Assembly (NCBI GenBank): GCA_041660005.1
Contig: JBAZXG010000005.1
Location: forward strand, 4,064-68,063
Length of the DNA: 64,000 nucleotides
Source of the DNA: Patescibacteria group bacterium
GTDB lineage: Bacteria; Patescibacteriota; Patescibacteriia; GWA2-46-9
Reading direction: 5' to 3'
The notes below the pieces were generated by a model that saw only the letters and a list, made by a program, of their open reading frames with translations, made no database searches and had not been told where the DNA came from. The position numbers were made by a program, and so were the translations under genes. Of the stretch, positions 37,650 to 47,826 are shown one piece after another (position 1 is the first letter of the stretch; each line of letters opens with the position of its first letter).

Positions 37650-38560
37650 GAAGCTAGTTTATCATGTTCCGCTGCGGAGAGGTACTCAATAAGAGCGTCC
37701 TGCCAGGGCCGAAGAAGCGGCAAACGTATACTGGTGAGCGCCGAAAACTTTGGCCGCGGGGCAGGCCTAGGCACGTCGGCTGCTGCCACTGGCAATAATT
37801 CAATATATTTTTTCCCCTTAATTGCCTCATTTGTGGTGTAGTGCTCGGAATTATCGAGAACGGCCTTAGCAAAATCGTACCAACTGCACGAACCTTGGTT
37901 GGTACGATGGTAAATACCAGACGGCGGACGATTCACAACAAGCCCACGCACCGCTGCTGCCAGATCTGCCGCATAGGTGGGGCTGGAAATTTCGCTGCCG
38001 TCAATGAACGACAAACTGTTTGTTTCGGCTGCACGTGTCAGCACAAGATCAGGAAACGACCGTTTAGCTTTCTTGTTTCTTCCTGATAGACCAAAAAGAC
38101 GCGATGTCCTGACGAGATAGTAAGAAAGACCGCGCTCCCCCGCTTTGATAAGAATCTCTTCACCCTCGCGCTTTGAGCGCCCGTACACAGACAATGGATT
38201 TGGTATATCGTCCTCATTGTACTCATCTCCCTTTTTGCCATCAAATACATAGTCAGTGCTGAAGTGGATAAGCACAGCACCGAGGGAAGCAGCCACCTCA
38301 GCCAATCCATGCACTGCTTTACTGTTCAGACTAAAAGCTTGCTCCGACGCCTCTGCGCTACGCTCCGCCTCATCAACCGCATTATACGCGGCGGCGTTAA
38401 TAATAATATCCGGAGTTGTTGCACTGCACTGCTCTCGAACTGCCTCAACATCTCGAATGTCAACATCGTCACTAGCCCACGTAAACACATCAGCATCTGA
38501 AAAAACTTTTTCCAGATAGCCGCCGAGTAATCCGTTGGTACCAAAAAGTGCAATACGCAT
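37646..38560 (-). CDS. rmlD: dTDP-4-dehydrorhamnose reductase
   Basis: 304 aa. RmlD-type SDR MRIALFGTNGLLGGYL. It overlaps rmlA by 4 nt. Confidence 0.8.
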   Translation of the reverse strand: MRIALFGTNGLLGGYLEKVFSDADVFTWASDDVDIRDVEAVREQCSATTPDIIINAAAYNAVDEAERSAEASEQAFSLNSKAVHGLAEVAASLGAVLIHFSTDYVFDGKKGDEYNEDDIPNPLSVYGRSKREGEEILIKAGERGLSYYLVRTSRLFGLSGRNKKAKRSFPDLVLTRAAETNSLSFIDGSEISSPTYAADLAAAVRGLVVNRPPSGIYHRTNQGSCSWYDFAKAVLDNSEHYTTNEAIKGKKYIELLPVAAADVPRPAPRPKFSALTSIRLPLLRPWQDALIEYLSAAEHDKLAS

Positions 38561-38563
38561 AGC

Positions 38564-39103
38564 TTAGGAATTTCCTAAAACGCTATCCCTCATCTTCTGT
38601 ATACTCGGAATATCGGCAGGGAGAATGTTGACGTAGTCGTCTGGGTCGTACGGTGTTGAAGCAACGCAGATAACATCTACCATTGATGCAGAAATAGGCC
38701 AGTACACATGATAAACGCCAACCGGCACGGTGATACCTGGCATCCCCTTCTCCCCCCTACGATAAACCGGGTAATCAGAAGTAAATGCGTCGTCTTTTTC
38801 AGTCGTCAGTATGACGGCTGCAGACTCGCCCTTCGTGCGAGAGTCATCGCGAAAATCGTAAAATGCCCAGAGCGCCGAACCTCTCACGACAAAAAAATTT
38901 TCCGTTTGCCGGTGATGATAGTGGCCAGCGCGAGGCGAAATGCCGTTTGCTGACGAAATATAAATATTCTTTATTCCCTCTTTTGCTTGCGCATTGTCGG
39001 TGCCACCCGGCAATAGTTCGGCCAAGAATCCGCGTTCATCTTCGATAAACCGGTTATAACTTACTACGAGTCCGTCTATTAATGTTTCAAAGTGCTCGCC
39101 CAT
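38564..39103 (-). CDS. rmlC: dTDP-4-dehydrorhamnose 3,5-epimerase
   Basis: 179 aa with a cupin fold and an RmlC-like N-terminus FIEDERGFLAELL. Confidence 0.75.
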   Translation of the reverse strand: MGEHFETLIDGLVVSYNRFIEDERGFLAELLPGGTDNAQAKEGIKNIYISSANGISPRAGHYHHRQTENFFVVRGSALWAFYDFRDDSRTKGESAAVILTTEKDDAFTSDYPVYRRGEKGMPGITVPVGVYHVYWPISASMVDVICVASTPYDPDDYVNILPADIPSIQKMRDSVLGNS

Positions 39104-39113
39104 AGCAGATTCC

Positions 39114-40115
39114 TTAGCGCAAATGTTCGTTAATGTCGCTAATGCGTCGCTTAACGTCAGCCACCCACTCGGCGTGGTCGCGATACCACTGAACCGTTTC
39201 AGCTATACCGTCCTCGAAGGTCGTTGCTGGTTCCCAACCGAGCTCGCGTCGCAGTTTGCTGGCGTCTATGGCATAGCGTCGATCATGACCCGGTCGATCT
39301 GTAACAAAGGTGATGAGTGATTCGCTCTTACCCAATATTCTTAGAATATGGCCGGCAATTTCGATATTTGGTTTTTCAGCATTGCCTCCGATGTTGTACA
39401 CTTCGCCCGCCTTACCGCTCCGCAAAATGGTATCAAGCGCAGAACAATGGTCGCGCACATAGAGCCAGTCACGAACATTTTTTCCATCGCCATACAGAGG
39501 CAGCTGCTCACCACTAAGCGCCCGATCAATAAAAAATGGTATCAACTTTTCCGGAAACTGATACGGCCCATAATTGTTCGAGCAGTGCGTCACAATAACG
39601 TCTGAGCCAAATGTTTTGCTAAAGGCGCGACATAACAGATCCCCGCCTGCTTTTGCCGCCGCATACGGCACATTCGGAGCAAACGGAGTCTCTTCCGTGA
39701 ATTGACTCGGGTCATCAAGCTCCAGCGAACCGTATACCTCATCCGTTGAAACCTGAATGTGACGAACGCCACCCTGTTTCCGTTCAGCATCGAGGAGCGT
39801 TTGCACGCCGAGCACATTCGCCATAACGAAGTCTCGTGAGCCAACGTGAATACTTCGGTCGACATGTGTTTCTGCTGCAAAGTTAACGACCGCATCAATA
39901 CCAGTGAGTGCCTTAACAACGGTTTCGTTGTCCGCAATATCTCCCTGTATGAAATGATATCGCGGACTACCCACTAAATCTGCCAGATTCGCGGGGTTAC
40001 CGGCATAGGTTAATTTGTCCAGATTCACAACGTAATCCTCTGGATACTTCTCAAGAATATAGTGAATGAAGTTGGAGCCGATAAAACCTGCTCCTCCGGC
40101 AACAAGTATGCGCAT
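39114..40115 (-). CDS. rmlB: dTDP-glucose 4,6-dehydratase
   Basis: MRILVAGGAGFIGSNFIHYIL...DKLTYAGNPANL with YxxxK. Canonical RmlB. Confidence 0.9.
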   Translation of the reverse strand: MRILVAGGAGFIGSNFIHYILEKYPEDYVVNLDKLTYAGNPANLADLVGSPRYHFIQGDIADNETVVKALTGIDAVVNFAAETHVDRSIHVGSRDFVMANVLGVQTLLDAERKQGGVRHIQVSTDEVYGSLELDDPSQFTEETPFAPNVPYAAAKAGGDLLCRAFSKTFGSDVIVTHCSNNYGPYQFPEKLIPFFIDRALSGEQLPLYGDGKNVRDWLYVRDHCSALDTILRSGKAGEVYNIGGNAEKPNIEIAGHILRILGKSESLITFVTDRPGHDRRYAIDASKLRRELGWEPATTFEDGIAETVQWYRDHAEWVADVKRRISDINEHLR

Positions 40116-40159
40116 AAATGTACAGGAAGCTTACTCAATTCTGAGCTTTCCGACAACAG

Positions 40160-40200
40160 CAACAAACAAAGATGGCTCCGTATTGGAGCCATCTTTGTAA
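40160..40200 (-). terminator. Rho-independent terminator downstream of the giant surface-protein gene
   Basis: Perfect 12-bp hairpin AAAGATGGCTCC-(GTAT)-GGAGCCATCTTT followed on the minus strand by TTTGTTTGTTGCTGTTG, 25 nt past the 40224 stop. Confidence 0.7.
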
Positions 40201-40223
40201 TCGGTCATACCTAAATTTAACTC

Positions 40224-43200
40224 TTAATGATTCTGCCCGTTACGCCTACCTCTCGTGTAGTAATAGTACCAGAGGTAGAGCAGGATGAGTAGAATAGGAA
40301 GCCACCAGTACCAACACAGCGAGAAAATGGTGTAACACCCAGGGCCAGACGGTACTGCTATAGGTGGTGTGTCCTGATTAAGGTTGTCACCAGCTCCAGT
40401 CGGACCCGTAGTGCTCTCACCTGAGCCAGATTGCCCGCCTTGTGGCTCTCCGCCAGTGTTACCACCCGCGCCACTGGTATCAGTAACACCAAGTACTTCA
40501 CCCGAGGGCTGCCCGCCTGTTGTCGGAGGCGGGGTTGTGCCACCACCAGTACCAGGACCTGTTTCAACACCGAGAACTTCTCCACCAGGAGGTGTTCCAC
40601 CACCAGTATTTTCGCCGCCTCCAGTTGTTGTGTTCGTGGTGCTTGCAAGTGTAACGTTGGTTGATTTAATGGTCGTACCGCCGCCTGCATTTCTGAATTT
40701 TGCATACACGGTCTTGAGGCCGTCGCCAGAAACCAGAACCCATGTACCTGATGTGGATGCCGGCTGGAAACCAGGTGAGTCGCTCAGATCTGAAAGGTTA
40801 CCTACAGCAATTTCCGTTACGTCCGGACCGTACGTGAAGAGCAAATGCACGTTTGGTGAAGTTACGCTCGTCCCTTCAGCAACGGCTACTGCGACAGTAT
40901 CGTAGTTAGGCCCGCCTGGCGTAATACCGCTGCCGCCACCTCCACCACCGCCGCCGCCCCCGCCGCCACCTCCACCACCACCGCCGCCACTAGTAGTCGC
41001 GAAGGAGAATTCAGCGCTTACGGTTTCCGGAACTGTTGCGGAAATAACGCGGTAGTAAATAGTCGTCGCCGCTGGTAGTCCGCTCAGATTCACGCCATGC
41101 GAAGTTAGTTTTGTCGAATCAGTCGGTGATGTTGAGCCGTAGTTATAGTTTGGTGCGCTCCCGAGTGTTCGCGATACTGCATCGTAAACAACGCGGCTCG
41201 TACTCCCTCGATCAGTATTCCAACTAATCGTGGCGCTACTCGTGGTGATGGCGCTCGCAGCGACATTACTAATAACCAGATCAGGGTAGTTACCAAAAGT
41301 CATGGTATTATCAGCGTCGTCAAGCGTAACTTCGTCAGCCGCACTGAGATTGGTAACCGTAACATCGTACGAGACCGTCTTATTCAGGTCTGCGCCTTCA
41401 CAACCATCTATTGAACAGACAAGCGTAAAGTCTTTACCTGAGAGCGCAGGATACGTACTTGCCCAGCCATGCTTATTCCCCTCGAGCACACGATAGGTGC
41501 CAGTAGTCGGTATGGTAAGGTCAACAAAACCGTCGGCGTTTGTGCTGCCAAGAGAGGCAATAGTGACCGTTTCAGTGGTACCGCCCTCAGTTTCAATGGT
41601 TACAACTTTACCAAGAGCGATTTGCCAACCTTCTACACCGTTTTCTCCCTCTTCTCGTGTACCATTGCCATTATCGTCTGACCACTTCTGAACACGAACG
41701 TGAGGCAGCTTGAAGTTCCCAAACTGTAAATCGAGGCTTAAAGACTCCCCATTTTGTCCGGTGGAAACCGTACTGCCACCTTCTGCAACCGTAACGTCAT
41801 ACGTTCGACTTGTTTCAAGAGTAACTCCGTCGCAGCCGGAAACGGTACACGTTACTGTGTAATCACCCACTGCGTTAACCGCTGGGCTTGTTGTCTGCCA
41901 GCCATCAGCTTTGGCTTCAAGAACACGGTACGTACCGGTTCCTGAAACCGTGAAGGAGAAATTACCGCTCTCATCAGTCTGCACAACTTGTAGAACCGTC
42001 AATGGTGTTGGATCGCCCGAATGAGCTGGCTCGCCAACTGATGCCAAGGCGATTGTCCAGCCGGCAATCGTCGATTCACCCTCTCCGTAAACGCCATCGT
42101 TATTGGCATCATTCCATTTAAGTCCACTGATTGTGGAATCCTCGATGTTGCCAAATTGAATCGTATGCTCGCTGTTATCGAGAGTAACCGTACCGCCGTC
42201 GGGCTGTGTTGTGTCGACCGTTACATCAAAAAAGGCGTTGGTGTCGAAGTTGTGTACATCACAGCCGAGAACTGAGTCGCCACAGGTAACTGTTTGGTTG
42301 ACGGTTTGTGAGCCGGGCATGATTCTACTCCAAGCAGAACGCAGCTCTTCAAACACGCGGTAGGTACCACTTGATAGAATTGGGATGGAGAAAGAACCGT
42401 CGGTACCCGTTAAACTGAGCGCGGTTATTTCAACCGGCACGGGCTCGTCCCCCTCTGAGGAACCAATTTTTCCGAGGGCAATCTTCCAACTCTCAATGGC
42501 GCTCTCCAAAGGACTGCCATCCCAAACACCGTTGCCATTCTTGTCGTTCCACTTGTGGCCACCAACATTCCAGTTTGAGTCGCAAGCGTCACCGATGTGG
42601 TCAGTGTCAGTATCGGCCTGGTCACTGTTCGCTACAAGCGGACAGTTGTCGCCAGGAGGAATCGCTAAATCTGTAAATACGCCGTTTCCGTCATCAGTCT
42701 TGTCAGTGACTTCGTCATTGTCGGCATCGGTGTCACAAACGTCACCAATATAGTCGCTGTCAGTATCTGTCCGCAGCGCATTTTCCGTAAGCGGACAGTT
42801 ATCGCCACCGTCGACCGAATCAATCGCAGTGAAAGTCCCGTCTTCGTTATCAGTTTTATCGGCAACGCCATCGCCGTCGCTGTCAGCATCGCAGACATCA
42901 CCCTTGCCGTCGGTATCCTTATCGCGCTGGTCAGGGTTGGCAATCGTCGGACAGTTATCTTCACCGTCAACAAAGCCATCACCGTCCGTGTCAACATCTA
43001 CAAATTTATTATTGAAGGTGCAGTTAACATTGTCTCCGGCTGCTACATCAAGATGTAGAGGATCGTACGTTGTTGCACTGTCGTTAATGGTGCAGCTAGA
43101 ACTCGTCAGCTCCCATCCGCTCGCATTCGCTTCGGTAACTGCATAGGAACCGGGCAGCAAGTTAGCGTAAGTGTGGGACTGACCGTCAGAGAGTGATTGT

Positions 43201-46046
43201 TCGTCCGCGTCATTCAGTGCGAAAGTAAATAACCGTGGCGAGTCAGCAGGGTCTGTGACCTTGGTTACGGTTATTGATGCAAATTTAACATTGCCAAAGT
43301 TACGATTGGGATGAGTGAGGTCACCGGTTGACCCTGAAACGAGGTAAGTTCCGTTGTCTTGCCCGCCAAGACCGGTCTCGGCCGTTGGTGCTGTTTGGTG
43401 CCAGCCATCCTGTTGAATCTCTGAAATAATGTACTCACCTGGACCAAGGTTGTTAAACTGGTAATTACCAGAATCGTCTGTTTGTACTTCACAATACTCG
43501 CCGCTGACAGTCGCTTCTACTGTCTTTCCAGATACACAAGTTGGTGCGCTCTCTGAACCAGCGAGGTCAAGACGGATCGTCCAACCGGGCAGATTAGGAT
43601 CAGCTCCGAGCGTGCGTACTCCATCAGCACTCAGGTCGTGATACTTCTTCCCGGAAATTGAGAAGAGTTCAAAGTTACCAAAGTCTTTTCCCGTAATGTC
43701 CTTTTCTTCACCAATGGTAACCAAATAAGTGCCAGAAGCAGGATAAGTCTGAGTCCATCCGCTCTTTACGGATTCTGAAAGAGTATAGCCGCCAGGGGTA
43801 ACGTCTAAGAACGAGTAGTTACCATTTTCATCCGTAGTCGCTGACTGGGTTGATCCGCTACCAGCCAAGGTGATTATCCACCCTTGAAGACCCGGCTCAC
43901 CAGCGTCCTTAGCGCCGTTACCGTTGGTGTCTCTAAATTTCATGCCCGAAACTGAACCGAGCTTCGTACTGTTGTAGGTACAGGTAATGTTGGAGCCCGC
44001 AGACAATGAAAGCGCGGACGGGTCCTGACCATCGGTGCAGGTCGGGGTTGAGTCAATAGTAAACCCACTTGAAGCACTACCGACGAGACTATAAGTAGTA
44101 TCTGGCAGTAAGCTCGGGAAGGTGTAGGAATCGCTACCCACTAATGAATGCGATACTGTTGTGCCGCCGCTTGGTGTTAAATCAAACGTAAACGTACCAG
44201 CGTCACTCGGGTCAGCAACGTTAATGACCGTGATCGTTCCGCGCTCTGCGTTCGAGAATGTGCATGAAAGGTTTTGACCAGCACTAATCTCAATGTCGCT
44301 TCCGGGAACATAGGTTACGTCACCACAAATCGCTGCCGTTAAATCCCAATCAGTGACATCGCTTTCGTTCAATGCGTATGTACCCGGCAAGAGACTGCCA
44401 AATGTTCCGGTTTCCCCGTTTTTTAGTGATGCAATGCCAGCCGATTTTCCACTGAGGGTAAAGCCAAATGCCTGTGTGGACGCTGACGGATCTGCATTTT
44501 TGGTTACACTGATAGAACCCAATTCGACATTCCCAAAATCAAGATTGTTTATAATGTCGTCATCAGCAACCGGCTGAGTATAACCAAATCCAGTCAAACA
44601 AGTTGCTCCAGCCGTTGGATAGGTCTGTTGCCAACCTGCAGGCACCGTTTCACACACGGTGTAGGTGCCAGCAGCCAATCCAGAAACGCTATACTCGCCC
44701 AAAGCATTTGTCGTAGCCGTTGCTGGTGTTGGACCGGCCAAGGTTACTTCCTGGCCAGAGAGTGGCGTACCGTCGTTGTTGATGCCGTCAGCATTAAGAT
44801 CGCTGAAGACTGCTCCATTAATAACTCCATTATTTTTCGCCGGCGGCTCACCTGCTCCCCAAACCGTAACATCGTCTAAGCGAACAATTTGATCGCTCAC
44901 CGGAGAATCAATTTCAAAACGTAGAGCAAAATTTGGGTTATTCTCTGCCCCGGCAAGCGGCCCAAATGATGTCCACACCAAATAGGGTTCAATGTTTTTT
45001 CGCGCTTCCAGTTGCAGCCAGGTAGTTCCAGCGTCAACAGAATAGTAAGCGCGCAAACCTTCGCCTCCGTGTTTCATTTCGCTAACGCGCCGAGCATACG
45101 CCACATGAATACCTTGGGTTACACCCGCAGTACTAATAACTTTACTAATGGCATCGCTAACGCCATGGGAACGATTAAGCTCGACACCATACCCCTTATC
45201 TGGAGTGTTATCGTCGGTGTAGTACTTTCGCTCATTTATCGTTTTCCCTTTTCTAATAACCGGATCATTTTCAACGGTCCAGTTGTTCGGCAGAGTATCA
45301 ACGGTATTAGCTTCAAACCCATCGTAAAAAATAGGGGGATTTAAGCCATACACTTTAACATTATCTATACCAACCTTGTCGCCATTAACACCCATCAAGT
45401 AAAACTGCAGCGACAACATGGCGTGACGGTCAGAATTTTCAATCGTATAGGTTGTCACCGTATGTGTTGGTATGGATTCAGTAACCGTTTCCAGTGCAAT
45501 GTCTGGAACAACGCTCCAGGCGTTGTATAGTGGGTCTTCAAAAGAATACTGAGAAACAAACTGACTTGTCGTCAGAGGTACGGCAAATTGAACCTTGCGA
45601 GAATATTCAACAACCAACCTTGCGTATCCTTGCGTAGCAATTTCACGACCGCCGCCATTATCAAGTGATGTTTTATTTGCACCTTCAAGATAGAGCCCTT
45701 TAGAACCCTCTACCCCAACAGGAAAACCATCGATGGTATTGTCACGCTTGGGTTTCGTTGCGCCGTCCAGTATTTCCCAATTATTCGTACCGATATTCGT
45801 TGTACCTTGATCAAAGTTGTCGTTAAAAATGAGAACCGGCGCTGGTACGACCGACGCCTGAGCGATACTCGGTACCGTTAAAGAAAAATGAACAGGACCG
45901 AAACTACTCACGACCATCGTAAAGATGGTAATAGTAGTTGTTACTTTATGAATAAATTTTTTCAATGCTGTTTTGCGACCCACCGACAAACGGCTGATCG
46001 CGCCTCTCTTAATTTGACTGCCGAACTGCAGTTTTATGTGAGTCAT
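40224..46046 (-). CDS. Giant multi-domain surface adhesin-like protein (SdrD-B-like / TSP3 / FN3 domains, poly-Gly linker, C-terminal membrane anchor)
   Basis: 1940 aa with a signal/TM N-terminus. Multiple SdrD B-like/Cna-B-type repeats (NGNG..D.GE.GL.GW..TL...NG.Y.F..L.PG.Y...E....GW.QT). Thrombospondin type-3 Ca-binding repeats (DTDGDGFVDGEDNCP..DQRDKDTDGKGDVCDADSDGDG). An FN3 module. A 21-residue Gly run. The C-terminus is CWYWWLPILLILLYLWYYYY followed by RGRRNGQNH. Confidence 0.85.
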   Translation of the reverse strand: MTHIKLQFGSQIKRGAISRLSVGRKTALKKFIHKVTTTITIFTMVVSSFGPVHFSLTVPSIAQASVVPAPVLIFNDNFDQGTTNIGTNNWEILDGATKPKRDNTIDGFPVGVEGSKGLYLEGANKTSLDNGGGREIATQGYARLVVEYSRKVQFAVPLTTSQFVSQYSFEDPLYNAWSVVPDIALETVTESIPTHTVTTYTIENSDRHAMLSLQFYLMGVNGDKVGIDNVKVYGLNPPIFYDGFEANTVDTLPNNWTVENDPVIRKGKTINERKYYTDDNTPDKGYGVELNRSHGVSDAISKVISTAGVTQGIHVAYARRVSEMKHGGEGLRAYYSVDAGTTWLQLEARKNIEPYLVWTSFGPLAGAENNPNFALRFEIDSPVSDQIVRLDDVTVWGAGEPPAKNNGVINGAVFSDLNADGINNDGTPLSGQEVTLAGPTPATATTNALGEYSVSGLAAGTYTVCETVPAGWQQTYPTAGATCLTGFGYTQPVADDDIINNLDFGNVELGSISVTKNADPSASTQAFGFTLSGKSAGIASLKNGETGTFGSLLPGTYALNESDVTDWDLTAAICGDVTYVPGSDIEISAGQNLSCTFSNAERGTITVINVADPSDAGTFTFDLTPSGGTTVSHSLVGSDSYTFPSLLPDTTYSLVGSASSGFTIDSTPTCTDGQDPSALSLSAGSNITCTYNSTKLGSVSGMKFRDTNGNGAKDAGEPGLQGWIITLAGSGSTQSATTDENGNYSFLDVTPGGYTLSESVKSGWTQTYPASGTYLVTIGEEKDITGKDFGNFELFSISGKKYHDLSADGVRTLGADPNLPGWTIRLDLAGSESAPTCVSGKTVEATVSGEYCEVQTDDSGNYQFNNLGPGEYIISEIQQDGWHQTAPTAETGLGGQDNGTYLVSGSTGDLTHPNRNFGNVKFASITVTKVTDPADSPRLFTFALNDADEQSLSDGQSHTYANLLPGSYAVTEANASGWELTSSSCTINDSATTYDPLHLDVAAGDNVNCTFNNKFVDVDTDGDGFVDGEDNCPTIANPDQRDKDTDGKGDVCDADSDGDGVADKTDNEDGTFTAIDSVDGGDNCPLTENALRTDTDSDYIGDVCDTDADNDEVTDKTDDGNGVFTDLAIPPGDNCPLVANSDQADTDTDHIGDACDSNWNVGGHKWNDKNGNGVWDGSPLESAIESWKIALGKIGSSEGDEPVPVEITALSLTGTDGSFSIPILSSGTYRVFEELRSAWSRIMPGSQTVNQTVTCGDSVLGCDVHNFDTNAFFDVTVDTTQPDGGTVTLDNSEHTIQFGNIEDSTISGLKWNDANNDGVYGEGESTIAGWTIALASVGEPAHSGDPTPLTVLQVVQTDESGNFSFTVSGTGTYRVLEAKADGWQTTSPAVNAVGDYTVTCTVSGCDGVTLETSRTYDVTVAEGGSTVSTGQNGESLSLDLQFGNFKLPHVRVQKWSDDNGNGTREEGENGVEGWQIALGKVVTIETEGGTTETVTIASLGSTNADGFVDLTIPTTGTYRVLEGNKHGWASTYPALSGKDFTLVCSIDGCEGADLNKTVSYDVTVTNLSAADEVTLDDADNTMTFGNYPDLVISNVAASAITTSSATISWNTDRGSTSRVVYDAVSRTLGSAPNYNYGSTSPTDSTKLTSHGVNLSGLPAATTIYYRVISATVPETVSAEFSFATTSGGGGGGGGGGGGGGGGGGGSGITPGGPNYDTVAVAVAEGTSVTSPNVHLLFTYGPDVTEIAVGNLSDLSDSPGFQPASTSGTWVLVSGDGLKTVYAKFRNAGGGTTIKSTNVTLASTTNTTTGGGENTGGGTPPGGEVLGVETGPGTGGGTTPPPTTGGQPSGEVLGVTDTSGAGGNTGGEPQGGQSGSGESTTGPTGAGDNLNQDTPPIAVPSGPGCYTIFSLCWYWWLPILLILLYLWYYYYTRGRRNGQNH

Positions 46047-46369
46047 AAAATAATAATATTTAAACCAAAAATAACGCTAACAAACAACGACTATTGATAT
46101 AATGACGTTTGTTTTTTCTTTTTATTTCGGCGAACAGAACCACTTTTAAAACACTGGCGCACTTATCAATTCCGTGGTTCTTTCCCCCTTTGAACCAAAC
46201 AAACGCTGTTATAAGGCACGTTGGCCTTAAAAAGTTAAGATGATTTGTGTATCTTCGTTTTCTGATATTGCCTGCTTTTCCGACCAAGGACTGCAACGAA
46301 GCACCTAATAGCTTAGTTAATAAAACCCCTGCTGTCAATAGAAAAATTAAATGGCCCTGTCGTATAATC

Positions 46370-46537
46370 TTATTGTCGAGGATAGCGAGTGAAGTGCGCA
46401 TAGCAAATATGCATTTCCGAGCGACGCAGGTATCAAAGGGTTTAATACCCCGCGTGGCTATGCCACGCTAACTCTCTCACTCCACCTAGCGGGTTGAGGA
46501 GTCCAGGGCTTTGCCCTGGGGTTTTATACCATTTATC
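46370..46537 (+). repeat. Copy 3 of ~170-nt structured intergenic repeat
   Basis: Near-identical to copy 2 (TTATTGTCGAGGATAGCGAGTGAAGTGCGCATAGCAAATATGCATTTCCGAGCGACGCAGG...). It lies in the 536-nt region between the giant gene start and the CAP-domain gene stop. A TATAAT hexamer lies immediately upstream (46363-46368). Confidence 0.8.
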
Positions 46538-46582
46538 CACAGTTTTTAACTAAAAAACCCAAGGAAAACGTATAAGTTAATC

Positions 46583-47776
46583 CTAAACGACCAGCAAAAA
46601 TACGGCTAAAACCACAACAGCAATTGAGTGGCTCACGAGAGATAGGTGGCGAATATGCAATTTTAGCGCAAATAGGTAGACCAGAATGCCTGCGGCCAAG
46701 AAGACGCTGAACGCCAGATAGATCATGCGCACTTTGTCGTTCAGGTTCCCGACCTTCAATAGCCCCCCAAAAAATGTGGTAAATCGCTCTGTTCCCTCGT
46801 TAAAAATGTAGAGCTGCTGCGTCTTTGAAACCGGCGCAACCAGAGCAATGGCTTTCGTTTCCAGATGCTTATCCGCCCCAGAAGCAACTAAGGTCAACTG
46901 TTCGCCATTACTAGACAGGGTGTTAGGGTCATACGGGATGCTGCCACTCCACACGCCGCTATCCGGTTGCGGCGCTAAATCACTTTCTACGCCCGCGAGC
47001 TGTGCCCGAACGGCCTCCGCCTTTGGCGCTTTTACGGCAACGGAAACAGATTTACCTTTCTGCTGGAGGACTAAACTAGATTCGTCAATAACGCTCGCCT
47101 TAACCACACTACTGGGATTTGTTACTACCGGCCCTGCGGCCAAGGTTGTTGCGGGATCACCAAACATCTGCACGACAAAAGTCGCGCTCACGCCCTCGTA
47201 CTCACCCGTTGCCGTACCCACGCCAATTTCGGTATATCCTGGGTTAATGATGTTCGCTCGGTGCGAAGCACTTGCCATCCATCCAGAATCGACGTCTTCA
47301 GCCGTGTGAAAGTTAACGGCCAAATTCTCACCGGCTTTGAGATAGTGGTATCCTGACGCCTTAATCCAATCCCAGGGTGTTTTTCCGTCAGGGCTGTTAT
47401 GCGCAAAATACGAATGTGCCAGCATGTCCCGCGCTTTGGCGTTCGCCGCGTCGGTTAATGCAGCATTTTTTTTCAATCCTTTTAATCCAAAATTCTTTCG
47501 CTCCTGATTAGTGAGTGAAATGATGTTCGCAGGCGTAATGGAGCTTGAAAAAAGACTGGACGAAGGCAAAGATAGCGGCGCGAGGACAACCAGCACCTTA
47601 AACAAAATAAGAATAACGCTATACCCCATGAGCACACGGTGCCGTAGTGCATGCGGTTTATAGCTATTTCCCGCGTGTGGAATCAGGTGGTCAAAGATCA
47701 CCTGGTAACCTTGCTTAGCATTACTATGCAAGCGGTTTTTCACTGGCGTTTTTTTGCGCATGGGTTCTTTGTTCAT
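46583..47776 (-). CDS. CAP (SCP/PR-1-like) domain membrane protein
   Basis: 397 aa. CAP motifs HSYFAHNSPDGKTPWDW and GENLAVN...GHYTQ-like HRANIINPGYTEIGVG. It has an N-terminal TM and two C-terminal TM helices. Confidence 0.75.
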   Translation of the reverse strand: MNKEPMRKKTPVKNRLHSNAKQGYQVIFDHLIPHAGNSYKPHALRHRVLMGYSVILILFKVLVVLAPLSLPSSSLFSSSITPANIISLTNQERKNFGLKGLKKNAALTDAANAKARDMLAHSYFAHNSPDGKTPWDWIKASGYHYLKAGENLAVNFHTAEDVDSGWMASASHRANIINPGYTEIGVGTATGEYEGVSATFVVQMFGDPATTLAAGPVVTNPSSVVKASVIDESSLVLQQKGKSVSVAVKAPKAEAVRAQLAGVESDLAPQPDSGVWSGSIPYDPNTLSSNGEQLTLVASGADKHLETKAIALVAPVSKTQQLYIFNEGTERFTTFFGGLLKVGNLNDKVRMIYLAFSVFLAAGILVYLFALKLHIRHLSLVSHSIAVVVLAVFLLVV

Positions 47777-47826
47777 ACGATATGTTTCAAAAAGCTATAT
47801 CGCTTTTGAAAACGTTACAATGTAGC

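Noticed and set aside
40384-40905. 173-aa Pro/Val-rich plus-strand ORF and other plus ORFs inside 40224..46046
   Set aside because: Antisense shadow of the Gly/Thr-rich C-terminal coding region of the giant surface protein. Reverse translation of Gly codons (GGN) yields Pro/Ala runs.
40929-40991. (GGN)21 tract considered as a phase-variation switch
   Set aside because: The repeat unit is a codon (3 nt), so length changes keep the frame. It may vary linker length but is not an on/off slipped-strand switch.
46060-46401. 113-aa minus ORF in the intergenic region upstream of the giant gene
   Set aside because: It overlaps the structured repeat copy 3 and an AT-rich promoter region. It has an odd basic/hydrophobic composition and no RBS/promoter logic. 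More likely non-coding.
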